Source of the DNA: a virus
Virus record (IMG/VR): IMGVR_UViG_3300029717_000016
Location: 1-47,742 of that record
Reading direction: 5' to 3' (one strand)
DNA: 47,742 nt
The notes beneath the pieces are model-generated. The model was given only the letters and a program-made list of their open reading frames with translations. It was not told the origin of the DNA and did no database searches. Made by a program: the position numbers and the translations under genes. Numbering within the stretch: the stretch's first letter is position 1; every line of letters starts with the position of its first letter. This document shows, one piece after another, positions 1 through 7,333 of the stretch.

Positions 1-99
1 CTGCCTTGAGGACAAGCCCACGGTGAATATTCCGATTACGGTGGAGGTGTACGTATGAGTATTGCGGTGCCTTTATATGGATTTGGTGCCAGCGGCGGC
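1..99. repeat. Terminal overlap copy 1 (identical to 47644-47742); closure of a circular or circularly permuted genome
   Basis: First 99 nt recur exactly as the last 99 nt. Unique unit is 47,643 bp. The ORF starting at 55 is the same ORF that starts at 47698. Confidence 0.95.
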
Positions 100-1071
100 G
101 CAGGCGGCACCCTTACCGTCACAGCCCCGGCGAACGTCACCGTGACTGTTTCCAAGGACGGAAAGACGAAGACCAAGAGCTCCGGAACAACGGGTGTAGT
201 GGTGTTCAAGGGGCTTGCAAGCGGGACATGGACAGTTACCATCACCGGCGATGGTAAGACTGCTCAAAAGAATGTTGTGGTCACGACGGAGTACAGCACG
301 GCGATTTCGTTCAATACCATCCCCGAATTTACCTACACCGGCGATTACGAAATTGTCAACGATTCTGACGAGCCTATCACCGTATCTCAGGGCAACTGGA
401 AAATCCGCTTCCTCACCTCTGGCACGCTGACGTTTACCAACCTCAACGGTGCGGAGGGCGGTATCGACGTCTTCCTTGTTGGGGGTGGCGCAAGCGGTGG
501 CGGACGTGGCGGCGGTGGTGGTGGGTATACAAAGACGCAAAAATCCGTTTCCGTGAAGGTAGGTATAGAATACCCAATCATAGTTGGTGCGGGCGGTGTT
601 GGCCCTACTACAAGTAATAAAGTTCCACCAAACGCCGGTGGCGCAACGTCTGCATTTGGCTTGACTGCCAATGGCGGTGACACTAGCACAAGCGGTGACT
701 ATCCTAGTTCAGGCGGATCGGGTGGCGGCTCAGGAAAAGTTGGAGGTGCTGGTTATTCTGGCGGTTCAGATGGGTCTTCTGGCGGCGGTGATCTTGGTGG
801 TAGCGGCCAGGGAACAACAACAAGAGAATTTGAGGAAGCCAATGGCACACTTTACGCTGGCGGTGGCGGAGGCGGGGCTGTAACGACTAATGAAATATCG
901 TCTGGCGGTGCTGGCGGCGGTGGTGATGGTGGCGGTGCTGATGCAAATCCAAGGCCAAAAAACGGTGACGCAAACACGGGCGGCGGCGGTGGTGGACTTG
1001 GTAACTTACATTCTGCTGCAACATACGCTTCCGGCGGTTCCGGCATCGTAATCGCCCGCAATAAGCGATAG
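55..1071 (+). CDS. Glycine-rich tail-fibre-associated protein
   Basis: 338-aa ORF. ATG overlaps the stop of the upstream fibre gene (gtATGA). Beta-rich N-terminus followed by long GGxGG/GGGGGG tracts. Lies in the host-recognition module. Confidence 0.75.
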   Translation: MSIAVPLYGFGASGGAGGTLTVTAPANVTVTVSKDGKTKTKSSGTTGVVVFKGLASGTWTVTITGDGKTAQKNVVVTTEYSTAISFNTIPEFTYTGDYEIVNDSDEPITVSQGNWKIRFLTSGTLTFTNLNGAEGGIDVFLVGGGASGGGRGGGGGGYTKTQKSVSVKVGIEYPIIVGAGGVGPTTSNKVPPNAGGATSAFGLTANGGDTSTSGDYPSSGGSGGGSGKVGGAGYSGGSDGSSGGGDLGGSGQGTTTREFEEANGTLYAGGGGGGAVTTNEISSGGAGGGGDGGGADANPRPKNGDANTGGGGGGLGNLHSAATYASGGSGIVIARNKR

Positions 1072-1082
1072 GAGGGCAACAC

Positions 1083-1340
1083 ATGGCTAAAAGTATGGCA
1101 CTTATTGAAAACGGCACCATAACCAACATGCTGTGGTGTTCCGATGCCCAGCCCGAAACGGCATCCCTAATCAACCCCGCAGACCGCCCCGTGGCTATCG
1201 GCGATACCTACAGCAATGGTAAATTTTATCGGGACGGGGTGGAAATCCTCACCCCGCTGGAAGAAGCGTTGAAAAAGAACGCCGAATACGAAGCGGCTCT
1301 TCAGGAGATTGAAACCGCTCTGGGGGTGAATAACACATGA
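1083..1340 (+). CDS. Hypothetical small protein (fibre/lysis junction)
   Basis: 85-aa ORF with GGAGGG RBS. Coupled to the next ORF by an ATGA overlap. Confidence 0.6.
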   Translation: MAKSMALIENGTITNMLWCSDAQPETASLINPADRPVAIGDTYSNGKFYRDGVEILTPLEEALKKNAEYEAALQEIETALGVNNT

Positions 1341-1462
1341 TGACCATAGAAGAACGCAAAAACGCCATTATTGCGAAAATCCTGGAAATAAAAACCAGCG
1401 GCGGCGAGGAACAGCTGAAAGAGCTGGATGAAGCCTACAAGAAAGGGGTTGACAGTCTGTGA
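1337..1462 (+). CDS. Hypothetical 41-aa protein
   Basis: ATG overlaps the previous stop (ATGA) and its stop overlaps the next GTG start (GTGA). Below the ORF-track length cutoff. Confidence 0.45.
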   Translation: MMTIEERKNAIIAKILEIKTSGGEEQLKELDEAYKKGVDSL

Positions 1463-1908
1463 CACAAGAGGAAAGAAAAAGCATCATGTATGCTCAGGGG
1501 CGGGCGAATGCGCTTGCCTTGCAGGAGAAAGCCCCGGACATGACAGGCACCGAACTGAACGCGGCGGATAGCAACATTCCCGGTTTCAAGGCTGCTGTCG
1601 CAAACAAAAACATGCTGGAGCGCAAGGCCGGGTTTGTGTGCCGGTCATCTGCTGGCCGTGTGGTGCGGCTGGTGCAGTCCTATGACAGCACTATCTACAC
1701 CCAGGAGCCAGAGGAGCTCCCAGCGCAGTGGGGGTTTGCTTGGAGCACCGACCCAACGAAAGCATTGCCGTTCGTCGCCATGTCTACCAGCCCCTATAAT
1801 AAGGGCGACTGCTGCACGGAGGGCAGTAAAGTGTACCGCTCCACGTTGGACAATAATGTATGGTCGCCGTCCGCATACCCTCATGGCTGGGAAGAGGTGA
1901 ACGTATGA
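1459..1908 (+). CDS. Hypothetical protein with CBM5/12-like aromatic repeats
   Basis: GTG start. Two W/Y-rich segments, e.g. YNKGDCCTEGSKVYRSTLDNNVWSPSAYPHGWEEV, resemble carbohydrate-binding module 5/12. Confidence 0.6.
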   Translation: MTQEERKSIMYAQGRANALALQEKAPDMTGTELNAADSNIPGFKAAVANKNMLERKAGFVCRSSAGRVVRLVQSYDSTIYTQEPEELPAQWGFAWSTDPTKALPFVAMSTSPYNKGDCCTEGSKVYRSTLDNNVWSPSAYPHGWEEVNV

Positions 1909-2519
1909 CGGTAAAGCAAATCCAATGCCTGTTGACTTATCTAGGCTATTCTCCCGGCTCGATTGACGGCATTGAGGGCAGGAATACCCAAGGGGCTATC
2001 CGGGCGTTTCAAGCCGACTACGGGCTTACCGTGGACGGGATACCGGGTGCGGCTACCCAGAAAATGCTGATTGGTGCTATTGCCGGGACGGCGGTAAAGG
2101 TAGAGCAGCCGGAGCGCAGCGACGCGCCGAAAACCGGTACGTTCTGGGACGATATCCGGTATTTCACCCGGAAGGAATTCCGGTGCCAGTGCGGCGGGAA
2201 ATACTGCAACGGCTTCCCCGCCGAACCCGCAGAGGAAACCGTCCGCATGGCGGATGAGATACGCCGCAGGGCGGGGGTTCCCCTGAATGTGAATTCCGGT
2301 GTGCGGTGCAAGCGGCACAATGCCGAAGTGGGCGGGGTATCCAACTCCCTGCACACCACGGGGCAGGCCGTAGACCTCTCAGGGGCTATCTCCCCGGAGA
2401 AACTGTATGCCATAGCCCAGGAGGTACAGGCTGAGAAAATCCCTGGGCGGGGCGGCCTGGGGCTGTACGGATGGGGGATTCACGAGGACAACGGGAAATA
2501 CAGCCGGTGGAACGGCTGA
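1905..2519 (+). CDS. Endolysin: PG_binding_1 domain plus peptidase M15 (zinc D-Ala-D-Ala carboxypeptidase-like)
   Basis: ATG 1905 with GAGG RBS and ATGA overlap. N-terminal LGYSPGSIDGIEGRNTQGAIRAFQADYGLTVDGIPG. C-terminal SGVRCKRHN...SLHTTGQAVD...GIHED. Confidence 0.9.
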   Translation: MTVKQIQCLLTYLGYSPGSIDGIEGRNTQGAIRAFQADYGLTVDGIPGAATQKMLIGAIAGTAVKVEQPERSDAPKTGTFWDDIRYFTRKEFRCQCGGKYCNGFPAEPAEETVRMADEIRRRAGVPLNVNSGVRCKRHNAEVGGVSNSLHTTGQAVDLSGAISPEKLYAIAQEVQAEKIPGRGGLGLYGWGIHEDNGKYSRWNG

Positions 2520-2528
2520 GAAGGGAGT

Positions 2529-2834
2529 ATGCCAATGGAAGAAACGGAAATCGCTGGGCGGCTTTCCGCTGTAGAACAGCGGAGCAAATCCAACTCCCAC
2601 CGTCTGGACGCGCTGGAACGGCACACGGAAGCGGTGAACACGCTGGCAACATCCGTCGCCGTCATGGCGGAGAAGGTGGAGGTCACCGGGGAAAAGGTTG
2701 ACGGCCTCTGCACGGACGTGCAGGAGCTGAAATCCGAACCCGGCAAGCGGTGGAAATCGGTGGTAGAAAGGGTCATCTACATCGTCGTAGCCGCTGTCGT
2801 AGGGTTTATTCTTGCCCGGCTTGGGCTGGGCTAA
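2529..2834 (+). CDS. XhlA-like lysis accessory membrane protein
   Basis: 101 aa with a coiled-coil N-terminus and a single C-terminal TM (VIYIVVAAVVGFILARLGLG). Located between endolysin and holin. Confidence 0.7.
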   Translation: MPMEETEIAGRLSAVEQRSKSNSHRLDALERHTEAVNTLATSVAVMAEKVEVTGEKVDGLCTDVQELKSEPGKRWKSVVERVIYIVVAAVVGFILARLGLG

Positions 2835-2851
2835 ATTTAAGGAGGAACAAC

Positions 2852-3145
2852 ATGAAACTTTTTATCAGCCAACCAATGAAAGGCAAAACCAATGAAGAAA
2901 TTGAAGCAGAAAGAGCGGAGGTAATAAGCCGTTTTGAAGCTGAGGGAATCAAAGTCGAAATTATTGATTCCTTTTTCAAAAACGCCCCCGCCCAAGCTGC
3001 CCCTCTGTGGTATCTCGGAGAGTCCATTAAGCTGCTGGGAGAGGCAGATGTTGTGTACTTCTGCAAGGATTGGCAGCACTACAATGGATGCACCATCGAG
3101 CATGAATGCGCCGTGAGATACGGCAAGAAAATTTTATACGCTTAA
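2852..3145 (+). CDS. DUF4406-like (nucleoside 2-deoxyribosyltransferase-like fold) protein
   Basis: 97 aa from ATG 2852 (GGAGG RBS). MKLFISQPMKGKT...DWQHYNGCTIEHECA pattern. Confidence 0.55.
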   Translation: MKLFISQPMKGKTNEEIEAERAEVISRFEAEGIKVEIIDSFFKNAPAQAAPLWYLGESIKLLGEADVVYFCKDWQHYNGCTIEHECAVRYGKKILYA

Positions 3146-3166
3146 CGAACAAGGAGGAAAACAAAA

Positions 3167-3424
3167 ATGATTAACTGGGTTGTACGTATCAAGAACAAGA
3201 ACTTCTGGCTGGCCGCAATTCCTGCGCTGCTTCTGCTGGTGCAGACGGTAGCTGCCCTGTTCGGCTTTACGCTGGACTTGGGCGAAATCGGCGACAAGCT
3301 TCTGGCCGTGGTGAACGCCGTGTTTGCCCTGCTGGTGATCCTGGGCGTGGTCAATGATCCTACCACCGCCGGTATTGCTGACAGCAAACAGGCAAGAACT
3401 TACAGTTCCCCCAAGGAGGACTGA
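3167..3424 (+). CDS. Holin, phi-LC3 family (Phage_holin_1)
   Basis: 85 aa. MINWVVRIKNKNFW start, two TM segments, VNDPTTAGIADS motif, AAGGAGG RBS. Confidence 0.85.
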   Translation: MINWVVRIKNKNFWLAAIPALLLLVQTVAALFGFTLDLGEIGDKLLAVVNAVFALLVILGVVNDPTTAGIADSKQARTYSSPKED

Positions 3425-3432
3425 TGTGACAA

Positions 3433-3669
3433 GTGGATAAAGTCCCGTGGAATCGGGTGATTCTGGATGAGTTCTGTTCTCTGGCGATTCTTACGCCGCT
3501 AGAGGAAAAGATCATCCGCACCCGAGCCGCCGGATGGAGCCAGACAAAACAGTGCCACAAGTTTTGTGTGTCCCAAGCCACTATCACAAGAACGATTAAA
3601 AAGTTGCGGATAGAATACGAATTGTGCAGAAAGTACAGTGACAAGCTCCCTGAAAATCTGAAATTCTGA
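3433..3669 (+). CDS. Small sigma-70 region-4/LuxR-like HTH protein
   Basis: GTG start, 78 aa. LTPLEEKIIRTRAAGWSQTKQCHKFCVSQATITRTIKKL. Confidence 0.6.
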   Translation: MDKVPWNRVILDEFCSLAILTPLEEKIIRTRAAGWSQTKQCHKFCVSQATITRTIKKLRIEYELCRKYSDKLPENLKF

Positions 3670-3676
3670 TTCTGCG

Positions 3677-3707
3677 TGACGATTTATTGACGATTTATTG
3701 ACGAAAT
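3677..3707 (+). repeat. Tandem 11-bp repeat TGACGATTTAT x2.8
   Basis: tgacgatttat tgacgatttat tgacgaaat lies directly after the stop codon at 3669 and abuts the terminator stem. Confidence 0.8.
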
Positions 3708-3747
3708 CCCGACGAGTAGATGATGATTCTACCGTCGGGATTTTTGT
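3704..3747 (+). terminator. Rho-independent terminator ending the late/lysis operon
   Basis: Stem aaatcccgacg / cgtcgggattt followed by a T-run. Confidence 0.8.
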
Positions 3748-3802
3748 TATTCTATAGGTAGAAGGTGGCCACCTCCTAATATTTTGAAGGAGGACTTCTA
3801 AT

Positions 3803-4393
3803 ATGGTTGAAGTCGAAAAGGAATATGCCTCCAAAGGCGTCGCTGGTGCCGGTCTTGGTACTGGCATTGCTGGTTTGGCCTTGGGCGTTCTGAACGCTAT
3901 GGGCGGTATCGGCGCTCTGGCCCTGGGTAACCGTGGCACAATGCCTGGTCCTGGCGGGTGTAGTGAGAATACGCCTGTAAGCCGTTACGACCTGGCAAAG
4001 CAGCAGGAGCTTGCCGCCAAGGATTCCGAAATCGCTCTGCTGAAAGCCAATACCTACAATGACCAGAAAGACCTCCAGCTGTACGCCTACATTGACGCTC
4101 AGTTGAAGGAAATTCGCAAGACCTTGTGCGACCAGGCTGTGCACAATCAGCGGACCGAGGACAGCTTCACCCTGGCCCGTCAGGATATTGCGGCTGTTAA
4201 GTCCGACCTGACAAGGGAAATCCAGATCGAGGCGGAGCGGCGCTGCTGCGGTGACAATTCCATCGTGACCTACGCAAACGCAACCTTCTATCCCAAGATG
4301 GTTGCTGACGTGACCACTGGAACCACCACCACGGCTCAGTCCCTCTACAACCCTCTGCCCAAGTGCGGCGGTGGGTGCTGCAACGGTAACTGA
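3803..4393 (+). CDS. Glycine-zipper membrane protein with coiled coil and Cys-rich C-terminus (moron)
   Basis: 196 aa with GAAGGAGG RBS. GVAGAGLGTGIAGLALGVLNAMGGIGALALG. C-terminal RRCCGD...KCGGGCCNGN. Bracketed by terminators on both sides. Confidence 0.75.
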   Translation: MVEVEKEYASKGVAGAGLGTGIAGLALGVLNAMGGIGALALGNRGTMPGPGGCSENTPVSRYDLAKQQELAAKDSEIALLKANTYNDQKDLQLYAYIDAQLKEIRKTLCDQAVHNQRTEDSFTLARQDIAAVKSDLTREIQIEAERRCCGDNSIVTYANATFYPKMVADVTTGTTTTAQSLYNPLPKCGGGCCNGN

Positions 4394-4405
4394 TTCCCAG
4401 CCAAA

Positions 4406-4432
4406 GGGGCGGCAACCGCCGCCCCACATTTT
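4406..4432 (+). terminator. Rho-independent terminator
   Basis: ggggcggc aacc gccgcccc followed by acatttt. Confidence 0.7.
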
Positions 4433-4448
4433 CAAGGAGGTAATTTTT

Positions 4449-4793
4449 ATGGTTTCTATGGATACCGTCCAGTCTGGAATTGCAAAATTCATTGACCGAG
4501 ATATTGCCCCAAGCCTAAACGGCTGGGACAGAGTTCTGATCGCCGGAGCCGGTGGCCTCTTGACGGCCAACATTCCGAATATTATCGCCCAGTATGCGGA
4601 GCACCCCATGTTTAAGGCCCTGGGCGTTTACGATAAAGGGCGCAACGCAGTCGATGTAGACGCTCTGTACAACGCCGCCAAGCCGTACATCAGCGACCCT
4701 ATCCCTGTGGAAATCCCGATGCTGAAAATCACGATCAAAATAGGGAAGAAAGAGCTGGATACGCTGTATGCGTACATCAAGGAAGGAGCGTAA
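4449..4793 (+). CDS. Hypothetical protein
   Basis: 114 aa from ATG 4449 with AGGAGG RBS. Confidence 0.65.
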   Translation: MVSMDTVQSGIAKFIDRDIAPSLNGWDRVLIAGAGGLLTANIPNIIAQYAEHPMFKALGVYDKGRNAVDVDALYNAAKPYISDPIPVEIPMLKITIKIGKKELDTLYAYIKEGA

Positions 4794-4799
4794 GGCTAT

Positions 4800-5108
4800 A
4801 TGAAAGAAATAAAACTCCTAATGGAGCACATAGAGGATGAGCTGGAGGACGCGCACACCTACGCGGAGCTGGCCGTGGAATATAAGCACGACGATCCGGA
4901 GCTGGCAGACCTGTTTTACAGGCTGAGCGGGGAGGAAATGAACCACATGAACGCCCTGCACAAGGCCGTTGTTTCCCACATCGAGGAATACCGCAAGCAA
5001 AAGGGCGAGCCGCCTGCGGCCATGATGGCCGTCTATGAGTACCTGCACAAGCGGAATATTGAACGGGCGGAGAACGTCGGAGTGGTGCAGGGGCTGTATA
5101 AGCGGTAA
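4800..5108 (+). CDS. Small helical E/H-rich protein (ferritin-like look)
   Basis: 102 aa. EDELEDAHTYAELA...EEMNHMNALH. Family not recognised with certainty. Confidence 0.6.
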   Translation: MKEIKLLMEHIEDELEDAHTYAELAVEYKHDDPELADLFYRLSGEEMNHMNALHKAVVSHIEEYRKQKGEPPAAMMAVYEYLHKRNIERAENVGVVQGLYKR

Positions 5109-5118
5109 GCGTGGCAAA

Positions 5119-5146
5119 TTCCGTTGCCAATCCGTTGCCAATTTGC
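5119..5146 (+). promoter_or_regulatory. Candidate integrase arm-type sites (TCCGTTGCCAA x2); third copy at 5370-5380
   Basis: ttccgttgccaa tccgttgccaatttgc on one side of the tRNA-like core, and aattccgttgccaatttgc (5367-5385) on the other side. Confidence 0.5.
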
Positions 5147-5250
5147 ACCCTAAAAACGTACCGCACGCGGGAAAATATTAAAATCTGCGGTAATATTTTC
5201 CCGCAGAATAGTTCGGAGAACGTGGGAATATAGCTGATAAAGCAATAAAA

Positions 5251-5280
5251 AAGCCCTAGAATAAGGTTCTAGGGCTTTTT
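5251..5280. terminator. Bidirectional hairpin terminator
   Basis: aagccctagaa ... ttctagggctt flanked by an A-run and a T-run. Confidence 0.7.
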
Positions 5281-5285
5281 CTGTT

Positions 5286-5312
5286 TGGTGGAGCCGAGGG
5301 GAATCGAACCCC
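5286..5312 (-). other. attP core: 3' fragment of a tRNA gene (T-arm, acceptor 3' strand and CCA)
   Basis: Reverse complement reads ggggttcgattcccctcggctccacca. No matching 5' acceptor, D or anticodon arm upstream, so it is only a fragment. Adjacent to the integrase. Confidence 0.75.
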
Positions 5313-5341
5313 ATAAATAAATTTCAAAAACTGTTGCGGCA

Positions 5342-6442
5342 CTAGCAACTTTTATTTTTCATTTCCAATTCCGTTGCCAATTTGCGCTTTTTCATCGCTT
5401 CGGTGGTGAAGTAGTCGCAGAAGTCGCTGGAGCGTTTGGCAATATCTTTCTGGGCGAGGTGCGTGTAGATATTGTGCATGGTAGACAAGTCACTCCACCC
5501 TCCGATTTCGGCGGCGATCATTTCCGGAATTTGCAAGTGGTAGGCAAGAGATGCAAAGCTGTGGCGCAGCCCATGCAGATCAACCACGGTGATTCCAGCG
5601 GCGGCGCAGACTTTGCCTAAATTATTGTAGATGGTTTCTGCGCTTGCCTTTACCACGTTTCCGGTCTTCTGCTCCTGCGCTTTCAGCGCCTCTAGAAGCG
5701 GCGGAATGATAGGCACAGAGCGGCGGGACTTCGCCGTTTTGTTTTGTGGCTTCTGCACAAGCCCAGCCGCCCCCATGACGATTGCGCCGCGAACGTGCAT
5801 CACCTTGTTTTCCAAATCTACGTTTGCCCAGTCCATGGCGATCATTTCCGAGCGGCGCAGGGAGGAAAGGCACATCAGATACGGGATTTCAAATCGGTGG
5901 CCTTTTATAGCTTCCACAAACTTATCTATCTCGTCCGGCGTGAGGTATGCCCGTTCGTTGTGTTCCGGGGGATACAGCATCACCTCTGGGCGCGGAGCAC
6001 CGGCGGCGACGATGCAGGCGGAAAAGAACATCCACCCATTTTTGATATACTTCGGGGATTTCCCGGCCTTGTGTTCCTGCCTGATAGCGGCCTGCCATTG
6101 GTCATTGGAGACTGTGAAAATGTTCCGCTTCATCATGCCTAGCAGCATATTCCGCTTGAACTTCTCGTACCCTGCAATGGTGGATGGGGAAAGGAATCCC
6201 TCTTTTGATGCAATGTAGCTTTTGACGGCTTCTTCCAGCGTGATGTCTTTCCCGTCCTTCTTCTCGCGGACTTCCACAAGGCCGTTTTTCAAGGCGAGAT
6301 ATTCGGCCACGCATTCATCATATGTATCTTTCGTAATCGATACGCGGCGATTCTCTATCAATACACGTGTGTGCCACGCCCCAGAGGGGAGCTGCTTAAT
6401 TTTTGGGAGCCTGATTTCCGGCTCATTCTTTCTTTTTGCCAT
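5342..6442 (-). CDS. int: Tyrosine integrase (phage integrase family)
   Basis: LRRSEMIAMDW (R), HGLRHSFAS (HxxR), GWSDLSTMHNIYTH (Tyr). Start moved to M21 (ATG 6442, RBS aggggga) because the longer ORF runs through a terminator. Confidence 0.92.
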   Translation of the reverse strand: MAKRKNEPEIRLPKIKQLPSGAWHTRVLIENRRVSITKDTYDECVAEYLALKNGLVEVREKKDGKDITLEEAVKSYIASKEGFLSPSTIAGYEKFKRNMLLGMMKRNIFTVSNDQWQAAIRQEHKAGKSPKYIKNGWMFFSACIVAAGAPRPEVMLYPPEHNERAYLTPDEIDKFVEAIKGHRFEIPYLMCLSSLRRSEMIAMDWANVDLENKVMHVRGAIVMGAAGLVQKPQNKTAKSRRSVPIIPPLLEALKAQEQKTGNVVKASAETIYNNLGKVCAAAGITVVDLHGLRHSFASLAYHLQIPEMIAAEIGGWSDLSTMHNIYTHLAQKDIAKRSSDFCDYFTTEAMKKRKLATELEMKNKSC

Positions 6443-6469
6443 AAGGAATCCCCCTTTACATGCGGTTAG

Positions 6470-6500
6470 AAAAAATGGCAGACCGCCGAAACGGTCTGCC
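6470..6500 (-). terminator. Rho-independent terminator between toxin gene and integrase
   Basis: Minus strand: ggcagaccg tttcgg cggtctgcc followed by atttttt. Confidence 0.75.
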
Positions 6501-6573
6501 ACTGTTTTTGAGAACTAGGTGGGGCGACGCTCCCACATCTCCTAACAAGGGCGACGGCTGCCCGTTCCGTCTT

Positions 6574-7053
6574 CTAGTCCTTTCTGCTTTTGAGCAACGC
6601 GGCCTTGGTTTCGATAATATTTAACGGACTATGTAGAACCCCACGTTCAACCATGTTCAAGTAGGCAAGCGCTTTTACACGGATGTTTTTCTTTATATTT
6701 TTGTTTTCCAAAACATAAGGCACATTGTTGATATTGTATGGGCGTAGTACATGTTCCGGGAGGACGGGGAACATATCGCAGATAATAAAAGCCCTGTCTT
6801 TTCCGTATATCGGCGCTATGAGGTAATGCACGCAGTTTCCGGAGCCGTGCCGCCTCTCACTTTCATATATCAGCCGCTTGTATTTATCTACGTTGGTACT
6901 CATTGGAACCATCCATAGGACACCGGATTTGTCCGCCATAGCGTAGTAGTGGGGGCGGCTCTCCTGCTTATTCTTCATATAGCGGTTGTTCCCGTATTTT
7001 TCAAAGAAAGCATCACGGATTATGTATATTCCGGAGTCCTGTATCTCTGTCAT
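6574..7053 (-). CDS. Type III TA endoribonuclease-like toxin (ToxN/AbiQ/CptN-like)
   Basis: 159 aa. IYIIRDAFFEKY...ESRPHYYAMADKSGVLWMVPMST...AFIICDMFPVLPE has the layout of ToxN/AbiQ-type toxins. Preceded by repeat RNA plus terminator. Confidence 0.65.
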   Translation of the reverse strand: MTEIQDSGIYIIRDAFFEKYGNNRYMKNKQESRPHYYAMADKSGVLWMVPMSTNVDKYKRLIYESERRHGSGNCVHYLIAPIYGKDRAFIICDMFPVLPEHVLRPYNINNVPYVLENKNIKKNIRVKALAYLNMVERGVLHSPLNIIETKAALLKSRKD

Positions 7054-7065
7054 TTGTTATCCCCC

Positions 7066-7088
7066 AAAAAAGAATGCCGAACCGGCAT
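7066..7088 (-). terminator. Attenuator-type terminator between repeat RNA and toxin gene
   Basis: Minus strand: atgccg gtt cggcat tctttttt, then RBS gggggataacaaATG. Confidence 0.7.
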
Positions 7089-7099
7089 GGCGGCCAGTC

Positions 7100-7193
7100 C
7101 GGCATTTTCAGGCCGGAGTTTTGTATCCCGCTCCCGGCAAGCGGCAGTCTCACAACAAGCCGAAGTCTTATATCCCGCTCTCGGCAGGCGGCA
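7100..7193 (-). ncRNA. Candidate type III antitoxin RNA: 2 x 47-nt tandem repeats
   Basis: Units 7193-7147 and 7146-7100 share tgccgcYtgccgRgagcgggataYaaRactYcggcYtg. No ORF. Confidence 0.6.
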
Positions 7194-7250
7194 AATTAGG
7201 GCGGACGATGAACGTCGTCTATATAGCGTAGGTGGTTATCCTACGTCTAT

Positions 7251-7279
7251 ATTGTACCCCGAGAAATGGAAAATAGCAA
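7251..7279 (-). promoter_or_regulatory. Candidate promoter for repeat RNA/toxin-1
   Basis: Minus strand TTGCTA-N17-TACAAT. Confidence 0.5.
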
Positions 7280-7333
7280 TAGACAGATTGACCAAAAACG
7301 GAAAAATATTTCCGACAATCGTAAAAATTTATC

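Noticed and set aside
3776-4609. 277-aa minus-strand ORF
   Set aside because: It is antisense to two RBS-supported plus-strand genes and spans a terminator. It has no RBS and a low-complexity Gly/Ala/Arg composition.
5286-5345. Full-length tRNA gene next to the integrase
   Set aside because: Only the T-arm, acceptor 3' strand and CCA are present. The sequence 5' of it (minus-strand sense) has no anticodon or D arm and no matching acceptor 5' strand. It is an attP identity segment, not a gene.
5631-6218. 195-aa and 132-aa plus-strand ORFs inside the integrase region
   Set aside because: They are antisense to a motif-verified tyrosine integrase. They show no RBS and no recognisable motifs.
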